From Clostridia bacterium (GTDB lineage Bacteria; Bacillota; Clostridia; Christensenellales; CAG-917): a stretch of DNA of 64,000 bases. Made by a program: the position numbers and the translations under genes. Where the stretch lies: the NCBI GenBank assembly GCA_024405515.1, contig JAKSOR010000001.1:24235-88234 (forward strand), read 5' to 3'. This document shows positions 45,951 to 56,989 of this stretch, one piece after another (the stretch's first letter is position 1; every line of letters begins with the position of its first letter). Below the pieces are notes generated by a model. The model saw only the letters and a program-made list of their open reading frames with translations, was not told the DNA's origin and ran no database searches.

Positions 45951-46679
45951 ATGGTAATTGGTGACTATCACACACATACATATTTCAGTGACGGCAGATC
46001 TTCTGTAAAGAAGAATATTGCCCGTGCCAAAGAAATAGGACTTAAGGAAATCTGTATTTCAGACCACGGATATGCGAGTCTTCTTCTTGGCATGACTGAT
46101 GCCAAATGGAAAAACCAGAAAAAGAAAATCAAAGAAGAGTCAGGAATAAATATCCTGCACGGAATAGAATCAAATATTTTCCCGGACGGCACAATAGATG
46201 TCGAAGGCAAAAACCTTTCGGATATAGATGTGTTAATAGTCGGTTTCCACAGATTCATAAGATTAAGGGAAAGAAAGGGGAGAAGAAAATTCCTCAATGA
46301 GAACGGATTTGCTTCACTTGAAAAGAGAGAAAAACTGCGTGCCGAAAACACAGAAATATTTATTAAGGCAATCGAAAATTATCCGGTGGACATAATTGCC
46401 CATATGAATAACAGAACTCTTGTCGATGTGAAAAAACTCTGTGAGGTCTGCAGAGATCACGGTGTATATGTGGAGCTTAACGAAAAGCATTTATCATCTA
46501 TTAAAGACTGCATCAGGGATATGATAGATTCAGCCTGCAGTTTTATTCTTTCAACCGATGCACACAAAGCTGGTGAGGTCGGCGGATTCGCAAAAGTTCT
46601 GCAGTTTATTAAGGATAACGGAATACCGGAGGACAGAGTATACGGGATAGATAAAACTCCTGTATTTAAGAAAAAATGA
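45951..46679 (+). CDS. PHP-domain phosphoesterase (histidinol-phosphatase-like)
   Basis: ATG 45951 behind GGAGG. GDYHTHTYFSDG PHP motif. The stop overlaps the whiA start. Confidence 0.65.
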   Translation: MVIGDYHTHTYFSDGRSSVKKNIARAKEIGLKEICISDHGYASLLLGMTDAKWKNQKKKIKEESGINILHGIESNIFPDGTIDVEGKNLSDIDVLIVGFHRFIRLRERKGRRKFLNENGFASLEKREKLRAENTEIFIKAIENYPVDIIAHMNNRTLVDVKKLCEVCRDHGVYVELNEKHLSSIKDCIRDMIDSACSFILSTDAHKAGEVGGFAKVLQFIKDNGIPEDRVYGIDKTPVFKKK

Positions 46680-47644
46680 TAGATAATCTTACATTCAAAG
46701 ACAAAACAAGGCAGGAACTTTTAACAGTTGTTCCTTCAGATAAGGAAGAAATTCCGGCATTTCTGTCTGCAGTTTCAAGAATAGGCGGAAGTCTTGAGAT
46801 ATCCAAAAAGAAATTAAGTTTTGTAATTCAGGTGGATACATATGAGGACGGCCTTAAAATTGTTGAACTGTTCCAGGAGATTTATCCTTCAGAATTTGAA
46901 CTCAATATTGAAACAGCCAAATCGGGACCTCGTCAGGGAAAACAGATATGTTCAATAGTTGTGCCTTACGGCTTTACAAAACAGATACTTTTTGATCTCT
47001 GCCTGATGAAAGAGGACGGCGGCGAGATAGGTGAGTTTGTTCAGGGAATTCCTGCAGAACTCATTGTAACACCGGAGCAGAAAGTAGCATTCCTTAAGGG
47101 GCTTTATCTGGCATGCGGAAGCGTGTATGTCCCATCCGTGTCGGCTGATGAAAAAAAAGAAGGATACCATTTTGAGTTCCAGATAGATGATGAGGTATAT
47201 GTTGATGAAACAGCAGGTATTCTTGAGGATCTTGGAATCCAGATGAAAAAAAGCGAGAGAGGGGAATCGTTCCTTCTATACCTGAAAGACAAAGACAGTG
47301 TTCAGAAAATGCTGATTCTTCTCGGACTTTCGGACAGTGCAATAGAACTACAGTCAATAATAGATGAAAGAGAAACAGCTAATAACCTTAACAGAGCAAT
47401 TATCTGTGAGACAGCCAACCTTGACAAAACATATGCTGCGTGTGCAAAACAACTCCAGGCAATCGGCGAAATCAGCGAGAAGATGGGACTTGATGAACTG
47501 CCTCCGCAGCTTCAGGAAGTTGTTGATGCAAGACTTGAAAATCAGCAGGCATCACTTCAGGAACTTGCTGATATTCTGGGTATCACTAAGAGCTGTCTTA
47601 ATCACAGATTCAGAAAGATTATGGAAATAGCAGAGAGTTTATAA
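46676..47644 (+). CDS. whiA: DNA-binding protein WhiA
   Basis: 322 aa; degenerate LAGLIDADG-like core (FLKGLYLACGSV); C-terminal HTH. Confidence 0.85.
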   Translation: MIDNLTFKDKTRQELLTVVPSDKEEIPAFLSAVSRIGGSLEISKKKLSFVIQVDTYEDGLKIVELFQEIYPSEFELNIETAKSGPRQGKQICSIVVPYGFTKQILFDLCLMKEDGGEIGEFVQGIPAELIVTPEQKVAFLKGLYLACGSVYVPSVSADEKKEGYHFEFQIDDEVYVDETAGILEDLGIQMKKSERGESFLLYLKDKDSVQKMLILLGLSDSAIELQSIIDERETANNLNRAIICETANLDKTYAACAKQLQAIGEISEKMGLDELPPQLQEVVDARLENQQASLQELADILGITKSCLNHRFRKIMEIAESL

Positions 47645-47654
47645 GGAGTTATAG

Positions 47655-50600
47655 ATGGCGGATTTTGTACACTTACACTTACACACTGAATACAGCCTTC
47701 TTGACGGATGCGCAAGAATAACGAAAGAAGTTCCGCACCCAAAGGATGATAATAAGGATAATCTTGACACGATTTATCCGCTTGTTGATGCACTCAAGGC
47801 AAGGGGAATGTCAGCCTGTGCAATTACCGATCACGGTAATATGTACGGAGCTTATATTTTTGCCCAGAGTATGCGCAAAAATGGTCTGAAACCTATAATA
47901 GGACAGGAATTTTATGTGTCTGATGATATGTATGCAAAAACAGCGGATGTGTTAAAACAGAGATATCACCTCGTCCTTCTTGCAAAGAATCTGAAAGGTT
48001 ATGAGAACCTTATGTATCTTTCTTCTCTTGCCCATACGGATGGATTCTATATGAAACCGAGAATTGACCTCGCTCATATTGAAGGCCATTCGGAAGGTGT
48101 AATCTGTCTCTCGGCTTGTCTTGCCGGACAGATTCCTAGGCTGATACTTGACGGCCACTATGAAAAGGCAAAAGATCTGGCAATTAGAATGAGGGATATG
48201 TTTGCCCCTGGTGACTTTTATATTGAACTTCAGGACCATCATCTTGATGAGGATAAGAGAGTATTAAATCCTCTCTATCAGATTTCAAGGGAAATCGGCG
48301 TAAAAGTAGTTGCCACTAACGATGTCCACTACATAAACAAAGAGGATGCGGATGTGCAGGATACAATGATGTGTATCACTCTTAACTGTAAAAAGAATGA
48401 ACCGAACCCTGCAAGATTTACAAATGATGAGTTCTATCTGAAAACAGAAGATGAAATGAAGGAACTCTTCTCTTGGTGCCCTGAAGCAATTGAGACAACA
48501 AAGGAAATTGCGGATAAGGTAGAGGATTACTTTGTTCTTAAGCGCCCGCCTATCATTCCTCGCTATACAAATGAGGAAATGGGGGACAGAGATGAGGCTC
48601 AGTATTTAAGGGACCTTGCTTACAAGGGCCTTTATGAAAAATATTCTGAAGTCACGGACAAACACCTGGAGAGACTTGAATATGAGCTCGATGTCATTCA
48701 TAAGTGCGGATATGACGGCTATTTCCTTATAGTATGGGACTATGTAAATGCATCGAGAGAAATGGGTATACCTGTAGGACCTGGAAGAGGCTCAGGTGTA
48801 GGCTCAATTGTTGCATATACTGTAGGAATTACTGACGTTGATCCTCTGAGATACTCACTTCTTTTCGAAAGATTCCTTAATGTGGAAAGGGTATCAATGC
48901 CGGACTTTGATATAGACTTCTGCTTTGTAAGAAGACAGGAAGTCATTGATTACTGCGTCAAGAAATACGGCAGTGACTGCGTATCACAGATTATTGCATA
49001 TTCAACGATGAGTGCGCGTCAGGTAGTTAAAGATGTCGCAAGGGTTCTTGATGCATCTTATACGGATTCAGCTGCTTGGGTTAAAACAATGCCTAAGGTA
49101 AAATGCCTTATTCAGCAGTGCTTTGATGAAAACACTTCAGCATATTCACCGGATTTCATTCAGCTCTATGAAAACAACCCGGAGGCTAAGAGGGTAATTG
49201 ATATGGCAACTGCATTAGAGGGTATGCCTCGTCAGACCTCCATGCATGCAGCAGGTGTGGTTATCTGCTCACAGCCGGTATCAACTGTATGTGCCCTTTC
49301 AAGAAACGGTGAGGCTATAACCACTCAGTTTGATAAGCACTATGTTGAGGACATAGGTCTTCTTAAGATGGACTTCTTGGGTCTTAAAACCCTTACGGAT
49401 ATTTCGGAAGCTATCAAACTCATAAAAAAAGACGGAGGCCCGGATATCGATTTCCACAAAATCGGTTATGAGGACCCGAAAGTCTATAAACTTATTTCTT
49501 CCGGAGACTGTGAGGCAGTATTCCAGCTTGAAAGCGGCGGTATGAAGAAGTTCATGGCGCAGCTGCAGCCTGATAACCTTGAGGATGTAATGGCAGGAAT
49601 TTCACTTTACAGACCGGGACCGATGCAGTTCACGGGTGAATTCCTTGCCGGAAAACGTAATCCAGAAGGTGTTGTTTATGCACATCCTAAACTTAAGGAA
49701 GTTCTTGAGAATACGTACGGATGTATCGTTTACCAGGAACAGGTTATGCAGATTGCACAGAAACTTGCAGGTTATTCATTCGGTGCGGCAGATATCATGA
49801 GAAGAGCCGTTGCAAAAAAACAGCTTGATAAACTTATTGCACAGAGGAATATCTTCCTTAACGGAGGTGTTCTTGATGGAGATAAGACAGGCAAACAGAT
49901 TCCGGGTGCTCTTGCAAACGGTGTAAGCGAGGAAGTAGCAAACAAACTCTTTGACCAGATTCTTAAATTCGCAAGTTACGCTTTCAATAAATCACATGCC
50001 TGTGCCTACACATTCCTTACGTATCAGACTGCATGGCTTAAATGTTACTATCCGGTTCACTATATGGTGGCCGTTGTCAATAACAGAATTTCAAATGCCG
50101 ATGAGCAGAAGCATTATATGAACTATCTGCAGCGCACCGGTGTCAAGATCCTTTCTCCTGATATCAATAAGTCCATGGAAAGGTTTACTGTTGACGGAAA
50201 GAACGTAAGATACGGTCTTATGGGCATCAAGAACGTCGGCGAAAAGGCTATGGAGTATGTTCTTAATGAAAGAAAGAGAGGACCGTTTAAGGATATCAGG
50301 GACTTTATTGAAAGATGTCTTGAACAGGTAAACAAGAAAATGATAGAGAGCCTCATCAAGGGCGGTGCATTTGATTCATTCGGAAAGACAAGATCCACAC
50401 TTATGGCATCATACGAGCAGATAATGGATGGCGTTGCAAGTGACAAAAAGAATAAGGCATTCGGTCAGATATCGCTGTTTGATGGATTTATCGAGGATGA
50501 TGAAATCAAGTACATGGAAATAAAAGAGTACAGCAAGGATGTCCTTCTTGCCTATGAGAAAGAAGTTCTCGGTATGTATATATCAGGACATCCTCTTGAT

Positions 50601-51218
50601 GAATACAGCACAGACGGGCTTGATTTCAATTTTGAAACAACACAGGTATTCATTGAGGCTGAAAACGAAGACGGTGAAACGGAACAGATTCCGGACCCTT
50701 CTCTTGCAAATATGCCGGTAAGGTTTGGCTGTATAGTTTCTGAATGTGAAATAAAGACCACTTCAAAGGCCCAGAAATTCGCAGTTGGACGTGTTGAAGA
50801 CAGATCAGGTTCCATTTCCTACTCGATGTTTGCTTCTGCATATGAAAAATACGGTGATCTGATTAAGAGTGACAAACCGATAATAGTCAGTGCAAGGGTT
50901 GACCTTAAAGACGAAAGTGAACCGAAAATCACAATAGACAAAATTGAACCGTGGATAAAGGCAGGTTCTGAGGAAAAGAACCAGGAAGAAATAAACAGAA
51001 ACGGCAAATTGTTTGTCAAGATTGAAAGTCAGGAACAGAAGAATCTAATTGACGGAGTATGTGCAATGCATCCTGGTGACACGGTGTGCATAATTCAGTA
51101 TAAAGGCAAACTTTATGAACTGAAGAACCGCAGGGTATATGTCTGTGATTCACTTATCGATAAATTAAAAAACGTTGTTGGCGAGAATTGCGTCAAATAC
51201 GTTATAAAGAAGGATTAA
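47655..51218 (+). CDS. dnaE: DNA polymerase III alpha subunit (DnaE type)
   Basis: 1187 aa; PHP N-terminus FVHLHLHTEYSLLDG; polymerase core PDFDIDF; OB fold near the C-terminus. Confidence 0.95.
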   Translation: MADFVHLHLHTEYSLLDGCARITKEVPHPKDDNKDNLDTIYPLVDALKARGMSACAITDHGNMYGAYIFAQSMRKNGLKPIIGQEFYVSDDMYAKTADVLKQRYHLVLLAKNLKGYENLMYLSSLAHTDGFYMKPRIDLAHIEGHSEGVICLSACLAGQIPRLILDGHYEKAKDLAIRMRDMFAPGDFYIELQDHHLDEDKRVLNPLYQISREIGVKVVATNDVHYINKEDADVQDTMMCITLNCKKNEPNPARFTNDEFYLKTEDEMKELFSWCPEAIETTKEIADKVEDYFVLKRPPIIPRYTNEEMGDRDEAQYLRDLAYKGLYEKYSEVTDKHLERLEYELDVIHKCGYDGYFLIVWDYVNASREMGIPVGPGRGSGVGSIVAYTVGITDVDPLRYSLLFERFLNVERVSMPDFDIDFCFVRRQEVIDYCVKKYGSDCVSQIIAYSTMSARQVVKDVARVLDASYTDSAAWVKTMPKVKCLIQQCFDENTSAYSPDFIQLYENNPEAKRVIDMATALEGMPRQTSMHAAGVVICSQPVSTVCALSRNGEAITTQFDKHYVEDIGLLKMDFLGLKTLTDISEAIKLIKKDGGPDIDFHKIGYEDPKVYKLISSGDCEAVFQLESGGMKKFMAQLQPDNLEDVMAGISLYRPGPMQFTGEFLAGKRNPEGVVYAHPKLKEVLENTYGCIVYQEQVMQIAQKLAGYSFGAADIMRRAVAKKQLDKLIAQRNIFLNGGVLDGDKTGKQIPGALANGVSEEVANKLFDQILKFASYAFNKSHACAYTFLTYQTAWLKCYYPVHYMVAVVNNRISNADEQKHYMNYLQRTGVKILSPDINKSMERFTVDGKNVRYGLMGIKNVGEKAMEYVLNERKRGPFKDIRDFIERCLEQVNKKMIESLIKGGAFDSFGKTRSTLMASYEQIMDGVASDKKNKAFGQISLFDGFIEDDEIKYMEIKEYSKDVLLAYEKEVLGMYISGHPLDEYSTDGLDFNFETTQVFIEAENEDGETEQIPDPSLANMPVRFGCIVSECEIKTTSKAQKFAVGRVEDRSGSISYSMFASAYEKYGDLIKSDKPIIVSARVDLKDESEPKITIDKIEPWIKAGSEEKNQEEINRNGKLFVKIESQEQKNLIDGVCAMHPGDTVCIIQYKGKLYELKNRRVYVCDSLIDKLKNVVGENCVKYVIKKD

Positions 51219-51221
51219 ATT

Positions 51222-52214
51222 ATGGCAAAAAATGTTCAGGAAGAAGTCAAAAGATTGGCAGTTCTGACAAGTGGCGGAGATGCATCCGGAATGAATGCGG
51301 CAATACGTGCTGTTGTCAGATGGGGTATCACTCTCGGTTACGAGGTTTACGGCGTACGAAGAGGCTATAAGGGGCTTGTTGAGGATGATATTGTCAGGAT
51401 GGAATATAAGAGCGTGTCTAACACGGTCCATACCGGCGGTACATTATTAAGAACCAGCAGATATCCGGAATTCAGTGAAGTGGAAAACGCAAAAAAAGGT
51501 GCGGAGAATCTCCTGAAAAGAGGTATTAACAATCTTATCGTAATCGGTGGGGACGGTTCATTCAGAGGAGCGAAACTTCTTCATGATGAGACACAGCTTA
51601 ATGTGGTTACGATACCGGGAACAATAGACAATGATATGGCATATACCGAGTATACAATCGGTTATGACACGGCCTGCAATACCGTTCTTGATGCAATACT
51701 TAAATTAAGAGACACTATCACATCTCACGACAGGATCATGATTCTCGAAGTCATGGGAAGAGAAAGCGGCAACATTGCCCTTAACTCGGCAGTAGCCGGG
51801 GGTGCAGAGTATGTGCTCGTTCCGGAAATGCCTGTTGATGTGGATAAAATTGCTGCAAGTGTAAAGAAAGGTTTTGATGAAAAAGGAAAAACATCCACTA
51901 TCATAATTCTTGCAGAAGGCAAAGCCCACCTTAAGGATGAACTCATTGAGAAAATATCAAAAGCAACAAACAGGACAGTAAATCATATGTCTCTCTCATA
52001 TATGCAGAGGGGCGGAAACCCGACAATGGCAGACAGAGTACTCGGAGCAAAACTCGGAGCACATGCTGTTGAACTCATTGATGAGGGGCAGAGCGGAAGA
52101 GCAGTGGGAATCAAAGGACAGAATGTATTTGATGTCACGATTGCAGCAGCTCTTGACGGCAAGAAAGGTTTTGATGAGAAACTTTACAGAATTGCCGAAA
52201 CAATCAGTAAATAA
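51222..52214 (+). CDS. pfkA: ATP-dependent 6-phosphofructokinase
   Basis: 330 aa; GGDGS and PGTIDND (the Gly/Gly pair diagnostic for ATP use). Confidence 0.9.
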   Translation: MAKNVQEEVKRLAVLTSGGDASGMNAAIRAVVRWGITLGYEVYGVRRGYKGLVEDDIVRMEYKSVSNTVHTGGTLLRTSRYPEFSEVENAKKGAENLLKRGINNLIVIGGDGSFRGAKLLHDETQLNVVTIPGTIDNDMAYTEYTIGYDTACNTVLDAILKLRDTITSHDRIMILEVMGRESGNIALNSAVAGGAEYVLVPEMPVDVDKIAASVKKGFDEKGKTSTIIILAEGKAHLKDELIEKISKATNRTVNHMSLSYMQRGGNPTMADRVLGAKLGAHAVELIDEGQSGRAVGIKGQNVFDVTIAAALDGKKGFDEKLYRIAETISK

Positions 52215-52254
52215 GAAAATAAACATAAATGTTTTTAAAACAAAGGAGTAATTT

Positions 52255-53496
52255 ATGAAAGATTTAAAAGGCGCATTAGTATTTGCACAGTCTGGTGGTC
52301 CTACATCAGTTATCAATGCCTCAGCAGCAGGTGTATTTGCAGCAGGTCTTGCTTCAGACAAAATCACTGAAGTTTACGGTGCGGCACACGGAATCAAGGG
52401 TGTTCTTGATGAAAATTTCTATGACATCTCAAAAGAGGATGCAAAAGAACTTGAACTTCTCAAATACACACCATCATCCGCTATGGGTTCTGTAAGATAC
52501 AAACTCAAAGATGCATCAGTTGATGACACAGATTACAAACGTATTCTTGAAGTTTTCAAAAAATACAATGTACGTTATTTCTTCTATAACGGCGGAAACG
52601 ATTCAATGGATACATGTAACAAGATAAGCAAATATCTGCAGACAAGCGGTTATGACTGTAATGTAATCGGTGTTCCTAAGACAATTGATAATGACCTTTT
52701 CGGAACAGATCACTGCCCGGGCTTTGCAAGCGCAGCTAAATATATAGCAACAACAATTTCAGAAATCAGTCTTGATGCAAAAGTATATGATACACCGATG
52801 GTATGTGTTATTGAGTGTATGGGAAGAAATGCAGGCTGGCTTACAGCAGCAGCAAAACTTGCATGCATCAACGGAGAAGGCCCGGATCTTATCTACCTTC
52901 CGGAAATTGATTTTGACCTTGATAAGTTTGTTGAAGATGTCAAGAAAGTATGTGCGAAGAACAATAATAAGTGTATCGTCGCAGTATCAGAAGGCATCCA
53001 TAACAAAGAAGGCAAGTTAATCTGTGAACTCGTTTCAGAAGGTGCAAAAGACAGTTTCGGTCATACCCAGCTCGGCGGCGTAGCAACAACACTCGCTCAG
53101 ATGCTCAAAGAAAAGACAGGATTCAAGACAAGAGGTATTGAACTTTCATTAATGCAGAGATGCGGACAGCACCTTGCTTCAAAGGTTGATGTCGAGGAAA
53201 CATTCACAGCTGGTAAGAAAGCAGTTGAGGCAGCAGTAGCCGGTGAGACAGACAGAATGGTATGCTACGAAAGAAAAGCAGGTGATAAGTACGAAATCGA
53301 GTACAAGTTATTACCACTTGAACTTGCAGCAAACACAGAAAAACAGGTACCGCTTGAATGGATTATCAATGACGGAACAGATATTAGTGATGAATTCATT
53401 AAGTATGCACTTCCACTTATCCAGGGCGATGCAAAGGCACCACTTGAAAACGGACTTCCAAGATTTGCAAAACTTAAAAAAGAACTTGTAAAATAA
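52255..53496 (+). CDS. pfp: Pyrophosphate-dependent phosphofructokinase
   Basis: 413 aa; GGNDS and PKTIDND (the Asp/Lys pair diagnostic for PPi use). Confidence 0.8.
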   Translation: MKDLKGALVFAQSGGPTSVINASAAGVFAAGLASDKITEVYGAAHGIKGVLDENFYDISKEDAKELELLKYTPSSAMGSVRYKLKDASVDDTDYKRILEVFKKYNVRYFFYNGGNDSMDTCNKISKYLQTSGYDCNVIGVPKTIDNDLFGTDHCPGFASAAKYIATTISEISLDAKVYDTPMVCVIECMGRNAGWLTAAAKLACINGEGPDLIYLPEIDFDLDKFVEDVKKVCAKNNNKCIVAVSEGIHNKEGKLICELVSEGAKDSFGHTQLGGVATTLAQMLKEKTGFKTRGIELSLMQRCGQHLASKVDVEETFTAGKKAVEAAVAGETDRMVCYERKAGDKYEIEYKLLPLELAANTEKQVPLEWIINDGTDISDEFIKYALPLIQGDAKAPLENGLPRFAKLKKELVK

Positions 53497-53505
53497 GGAA
53501 ATATT

Positions 53506-54579
53506 ATGGGGAAAACAACAAAATATCATGTAGCTTATGCCAATGACTTCTCTGCCTCAAAAGCAGAGAAGAAGGCATTTAAGAAAGAATTCCATATGCC
53601 AAGATATGCATTCATGGCACATGTTTTTGAACTTTTCGAAGAGCCTGTTGCAGAGGGTAACAGCAGAACTCCGTGGGATGCGGATGTAAAAATTGACAAG
53701 GATGTCGTTTACAAGACAGTAAACGGGGAGGACCTTGTTATGGATATTTATTATCCTCCGTTCCCGATTGACGGAAAGGCTCCGCTTGTTATGGTTATTC
53801 CTGGCGGCGGCTGGGTAATTCACAACAGATTCAGAAGAGACGGATATGCAAGAAACTTTGCAGCTCTCGGCGCAGTTGTGGCCGTTATTGACCACAGACT
53901 CGGACCTACAGTATTCTTCCCGGAAAATCTTCATGACTGTATTGATGCTTATAACTTTTTAGTTGATAATGCAGATAAATACAATTTTGATATTAATAAT
54001 ATCACAGTTACAGGAGATTCATCAGGAGGACATATGACTGCATGTCTCGGATGTGCTGCTTCTTCTGAAGATTATGTAAAAAAACTTGAAATCCCTGCGC
54101 CTAAGGTAAAACCACAGAACTGTATTATGGTTTCAGGTGCATTCTCTATGGAAGTTATGTATAAGATACCATGCACCCATAAACTTATGGTAAGATATAC
54201 AACCGGCGTAAAATCAAGAAAAGCATTCAGAGCATGGAAGTATTATAAGGAAATTGATCCGTATAATTATCTCAATCCTGATTTCCCTGAAAGTTATAAT
54301 AATGGCGGGAATATTGACCTGCTCTGTCTCGGAGAAGCAAAACGTATGGGAGAGAAGATGACTGCTGCAGGTATCAAGAATGAATACTGGGTAGGAAAGG
54401 GATTCCATGATTATGTAATGAATTTCCCGCAGAAGGCATCAAGAAAAGATATGTATAAACTCTATTCCTGGTATGTTGAAAAGAACAAGGAACGCGGAGT
54501 GGACTTATCTGAAGGATGGAAGAGAGTATCATACTTCCTTGAGAACTATGATAAGGCTTTAGAGGAAGCAAAAAGATAA
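53506..54579 (+). CDS. Alpha/beta hydrolase, HSL/family-IV-type esterase
   Basis: Oxyanion-region motif IPGGGW and nucleophile elbow GDSSGG. Confidence 0.7.
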   Translation: MGKTTKYHVAYANDFSASKAEKKAFKKEFHMPRYAFMAHVFELFEEPVAEGNSRTPWDADVKIDKDVVYKTVNGEDLVMDIYYPPFPIDGKAPLVMVIPGGGWVIHNRFRRDGYARNFAALGAVVAVIDHRLGPTVFFPENLHDCIDAYNFLVDNADKYNFDINNITVTGDSSGGHMTACLGCAASSEDYVKKLEIPAPKVKPQNCIMVSGAFSMEVMYKIPCTHKLMVRYTTGVKSRKAFRAWKYYKEIDPYNYLNPDFPESYNNGGNIDLLCLGEAKRMGEKMTAAGIKNEYWVGKGFHDYVMNFPQKASRKDMYKLYSWYVEKNKERGVDLSEGWKRVSYFLENYDKALEEAKR

Positions 54580-55943
54580 TGTGTAAAACCGGAGACATAA
54601 TCGAAGGTAAAGTTACAGACTTTGGAAATACAGGAGAAGGCATCATAAAAATTGGTGCCTTTCCGGTTTTTGTCCCTTACGCAATAAAGGGAGAAATTGT
54701 AAGAGCAAAACTTAACTTTGTTAAAAAAGATTATGCCTTTGGTGACCTAATCGAGGTTTTAAATGCTTCAGATAGTAGGGTAAAACCCCGTTGTCCGTAT
54801 TATGAGAAATGCGGAGGCTGTGACCTTCAGCATGTGGATACGGCAACACAGCTCGAAATCAAGCGAAAAAATATAGAAAATGTTTTAAAGAAAAATGCAG
54901 GAATAGAATATGATGTTCCGCTTCCTGTCCGTGGAAAAGACTGGGAATACAGGAACAAACTGGCACTGCCTTTCGGGTATAACAAAAACTCAGGAAGAGT
55001 GTATCTCGGATTCTTTGCAAAAAAAACACATAAGGCAGTTTCTATGAAGTGGTGCCCTCTTCACGGAGAATGGGCAGCAGATTTAATAGGCATTGTTTCT
55101 GACTGGGCAAACGAGAATAAGGTATCTGTATATAACGAAACAACAGGCAAAGGCCTTTTAAGACACCTTGTAGCCAGATATGTTTCAACCATGTCCTTGA
55201 CTTTGGTAATTAACGGAACCGAAATTCCTGAATCTTTTAGCCTGTATAGCAGAATTGAGGAAAAATTCCCTGGGGTTGCTGTTTATATTTCAGAGAACAG
55301 AAAGAATACAAATGTTATATTCGGAGAATCCTGCAGACTTGTATACGGAAAGGAAGAAAAACAGGATTTAGGAGCATACTCTGCAGTTGTGTCTCCTCTT
55401 AGTTTCCTGCAGGTAAATAATGAAGTCAGGGACTTAATATATGATGAGGTTTCAGAAAACCTGAAAGATTTTGACGGGGATATTATAGAACTTTATTCGG
55501 GTGTGGGACTTTTGACAGCACAGCTTGCTTTACGACTTAAGGATTCACATATAACATCCGTTGAAATTGTGCCTAGTGCTGTTGAAAACGCCAGGGCCCT
55601 TATGAATGACCTTGGTATTGATAAAAGAGTTGAGTGCATCTGTGATGATGCATGTAATTTTGTAAGTAAAAACACAGGTAAGAAAAAAGCACTTGTCCTT
55701 GATCCGCCAAGAACCGGCTGCTCGGCAGAAGTTCTTGAATCGGCAATTAAAGGCGGGTTTGAGAAAATAATATATGTATCCTGTAATCCGGCGACTCTTG
55801 CCAGGGATTTAAATAAACTTAAAGAAGGATACGAACTTAAGATGGTAAAACCATTTGATATGTTCCCGCAGACTTGTCATGTGGAGACAGTAACGTTGCT
55901 TAGCCTAAGGGAGCCTAAAAATGGAACAAAAGAAACAACGTAA
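54579..55943 (+). CDS. rlmD: 23S rRNA (uracil-5-)-methyltransferase RlmD/RumA family
   Basis: TRAM N-terminus; Fe-S cysteines CPYYEKCGGCDLQH; C-terminal SAM MTase with DPPRTG. Confidence 0.85.
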   Translation: MCKTGDIIEGKVTDFGNTGEGIIKIGAFPVFVPYAIKGEIVRAKLNFVKKDYAFGDLIEVLNASDSRVKPRCPYYEKCGGCDLQHVDTATQLEIKRKNIENVLKKNAGIEYDVPLPVRGKDWEYRNKLALPFGYNKNSGRVYLGFFAKKTHKAVSMKWCPLHGEWAADLIGIVSDWANENKVSVYNETTGKGLLRHLVARYVSTMSLTLVINGTEIPESFSLYSRIEEKFPGVAVYISENRKNTNVIFGESCRLVYGKEEKQDLGAYSAVVSPLSFLQVNNEVRDLIYDEVSENLKDFDGDIIELYSGVGLLTAQLALRLKDSHITSVEIVPSAVENARALMNDLGIDKRVECICDDACNFVSKNTGKKKALVLDPPRTGCSAEVLESAIKGGFEKIIYVSCNPATLARDLNKLKEGYELKMVKPFDMFPQTCHVETVTLLSLREPKNGTKETT

Positions 55944-56925
55944 TTTTGTTGTAGATTTATATAAAATCGTTTTAGCGATTTTTGTCATTTTTATTCATTT
56001 CCCTAATGGCAGTTTATCACCTGATGGTAATGCATTTTTCAGATTGGCAATTGCAGGATTTGCATCTATTACAGGATTCTATATTTATAAGAAAAATTCC
56101 AGTTATGAAGAAAAGCTTAAAAGCGCAAAGAAATTTCTGATTAATTCACTAAAATACTTTGGAATAGCAGCGGTTTTTGCATTTGTTGCCCAACTGATAT
56201 ACACCTGGATTTTAGGTGCCCCAATATCAGAAGGATTACGTTCTTTTGCTTTTGAAATTGCACCATTTTTACATAAAACAAGACCTTTTTTGGTGGTCCC
56301 AACCGTGTTTTATCAGCTTTGGTATTTACAGGGTCTGGTCTTTGTCGCCGGTGTCTATCTTCTGTCAGTGCGGCTCAAAATCGATAATGTAATGTTCGTG
56401 TTGCCCCTTCTGGCAATCCCGCTTTACTGGGCACAAACGAAATGGCCTCTAACTCAGAATTTTGATTATCAGGTTCTTTACAGAAACTCCTGGTTTATGA
56501 TATTGCCATCATTTGCAGGTGGTTGGATTGCCGGCCATTTTAAGGAAACCAGATTCAAATGGTATGTTTACCCGATACTAATTCTTATATTAGGCGGTTT
56601 CATGTTTTTACAGGTTATCGTTAATCGTCATTATCCAATAGAAATGACTTTTATTGCCGTAATTGTATGCTCATTAATAATTTTATTGCTAGACAAAATA
56701 CCAAAATTTTCCTTTAAACCATTTTATTGGATTTTTGGTGAGAAATTTTATGTAATTATCTATTTCATACATGTGTTTGTAGGCAGTTTGTTAAGAGATA
56801 AAATGTCAGTGAATCCATGTGATGAATCAGGTTTATTCATTCTCTATACACTTGTGGCATCTGTAGCTATAAATCAATTATTTAACCTCATCAAATTATT
56901 TATTAAGATCGCAAAACAAAATTAA
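55921..56925 (+). CDS. Polytopic membrane protein, acyltransferase-3-like
   Basis: 334 aa, about 10 TM segments, low GC. Start overlaps the rlmD 3' end by 23 nt. Confidence 0.45.
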   Translation: MEQKKQRNFVVDLYKIVLAIFVIFIHFPNGSLSPDGNAFFRLAIAGFASITGFYIYKKNSSYEEKLKSAKKFLINSLKYFGIAAVFAFVAQLIYTWILGAPISEGLRSFAFEIAPFLHKTRPFLVVPTVFYQLWYLQGLVFVAGVYLLSVRLKIDNVMFVLPLLAIPLYWAQTKWPLTQNFDYQVLYRNSWFMILPSFAGGWIAGHFKETRFKWYVYPILILILGGFMFLQVIVNRHYPIEMTFIAVIVCSLIILLLDKIPKFSFKPFYWIFGEKFYVIIYFIHVFVGSLLRDKMSVNPCDESGLFILYTLVASVAINQLFNLIKLFIKIAKQN

Positions 56926-56989
56926 AGATGCTCTTTCTAAAATTACTCACGATAAATCTGTTGATTACCCTTCGTATATAGCAATATGT

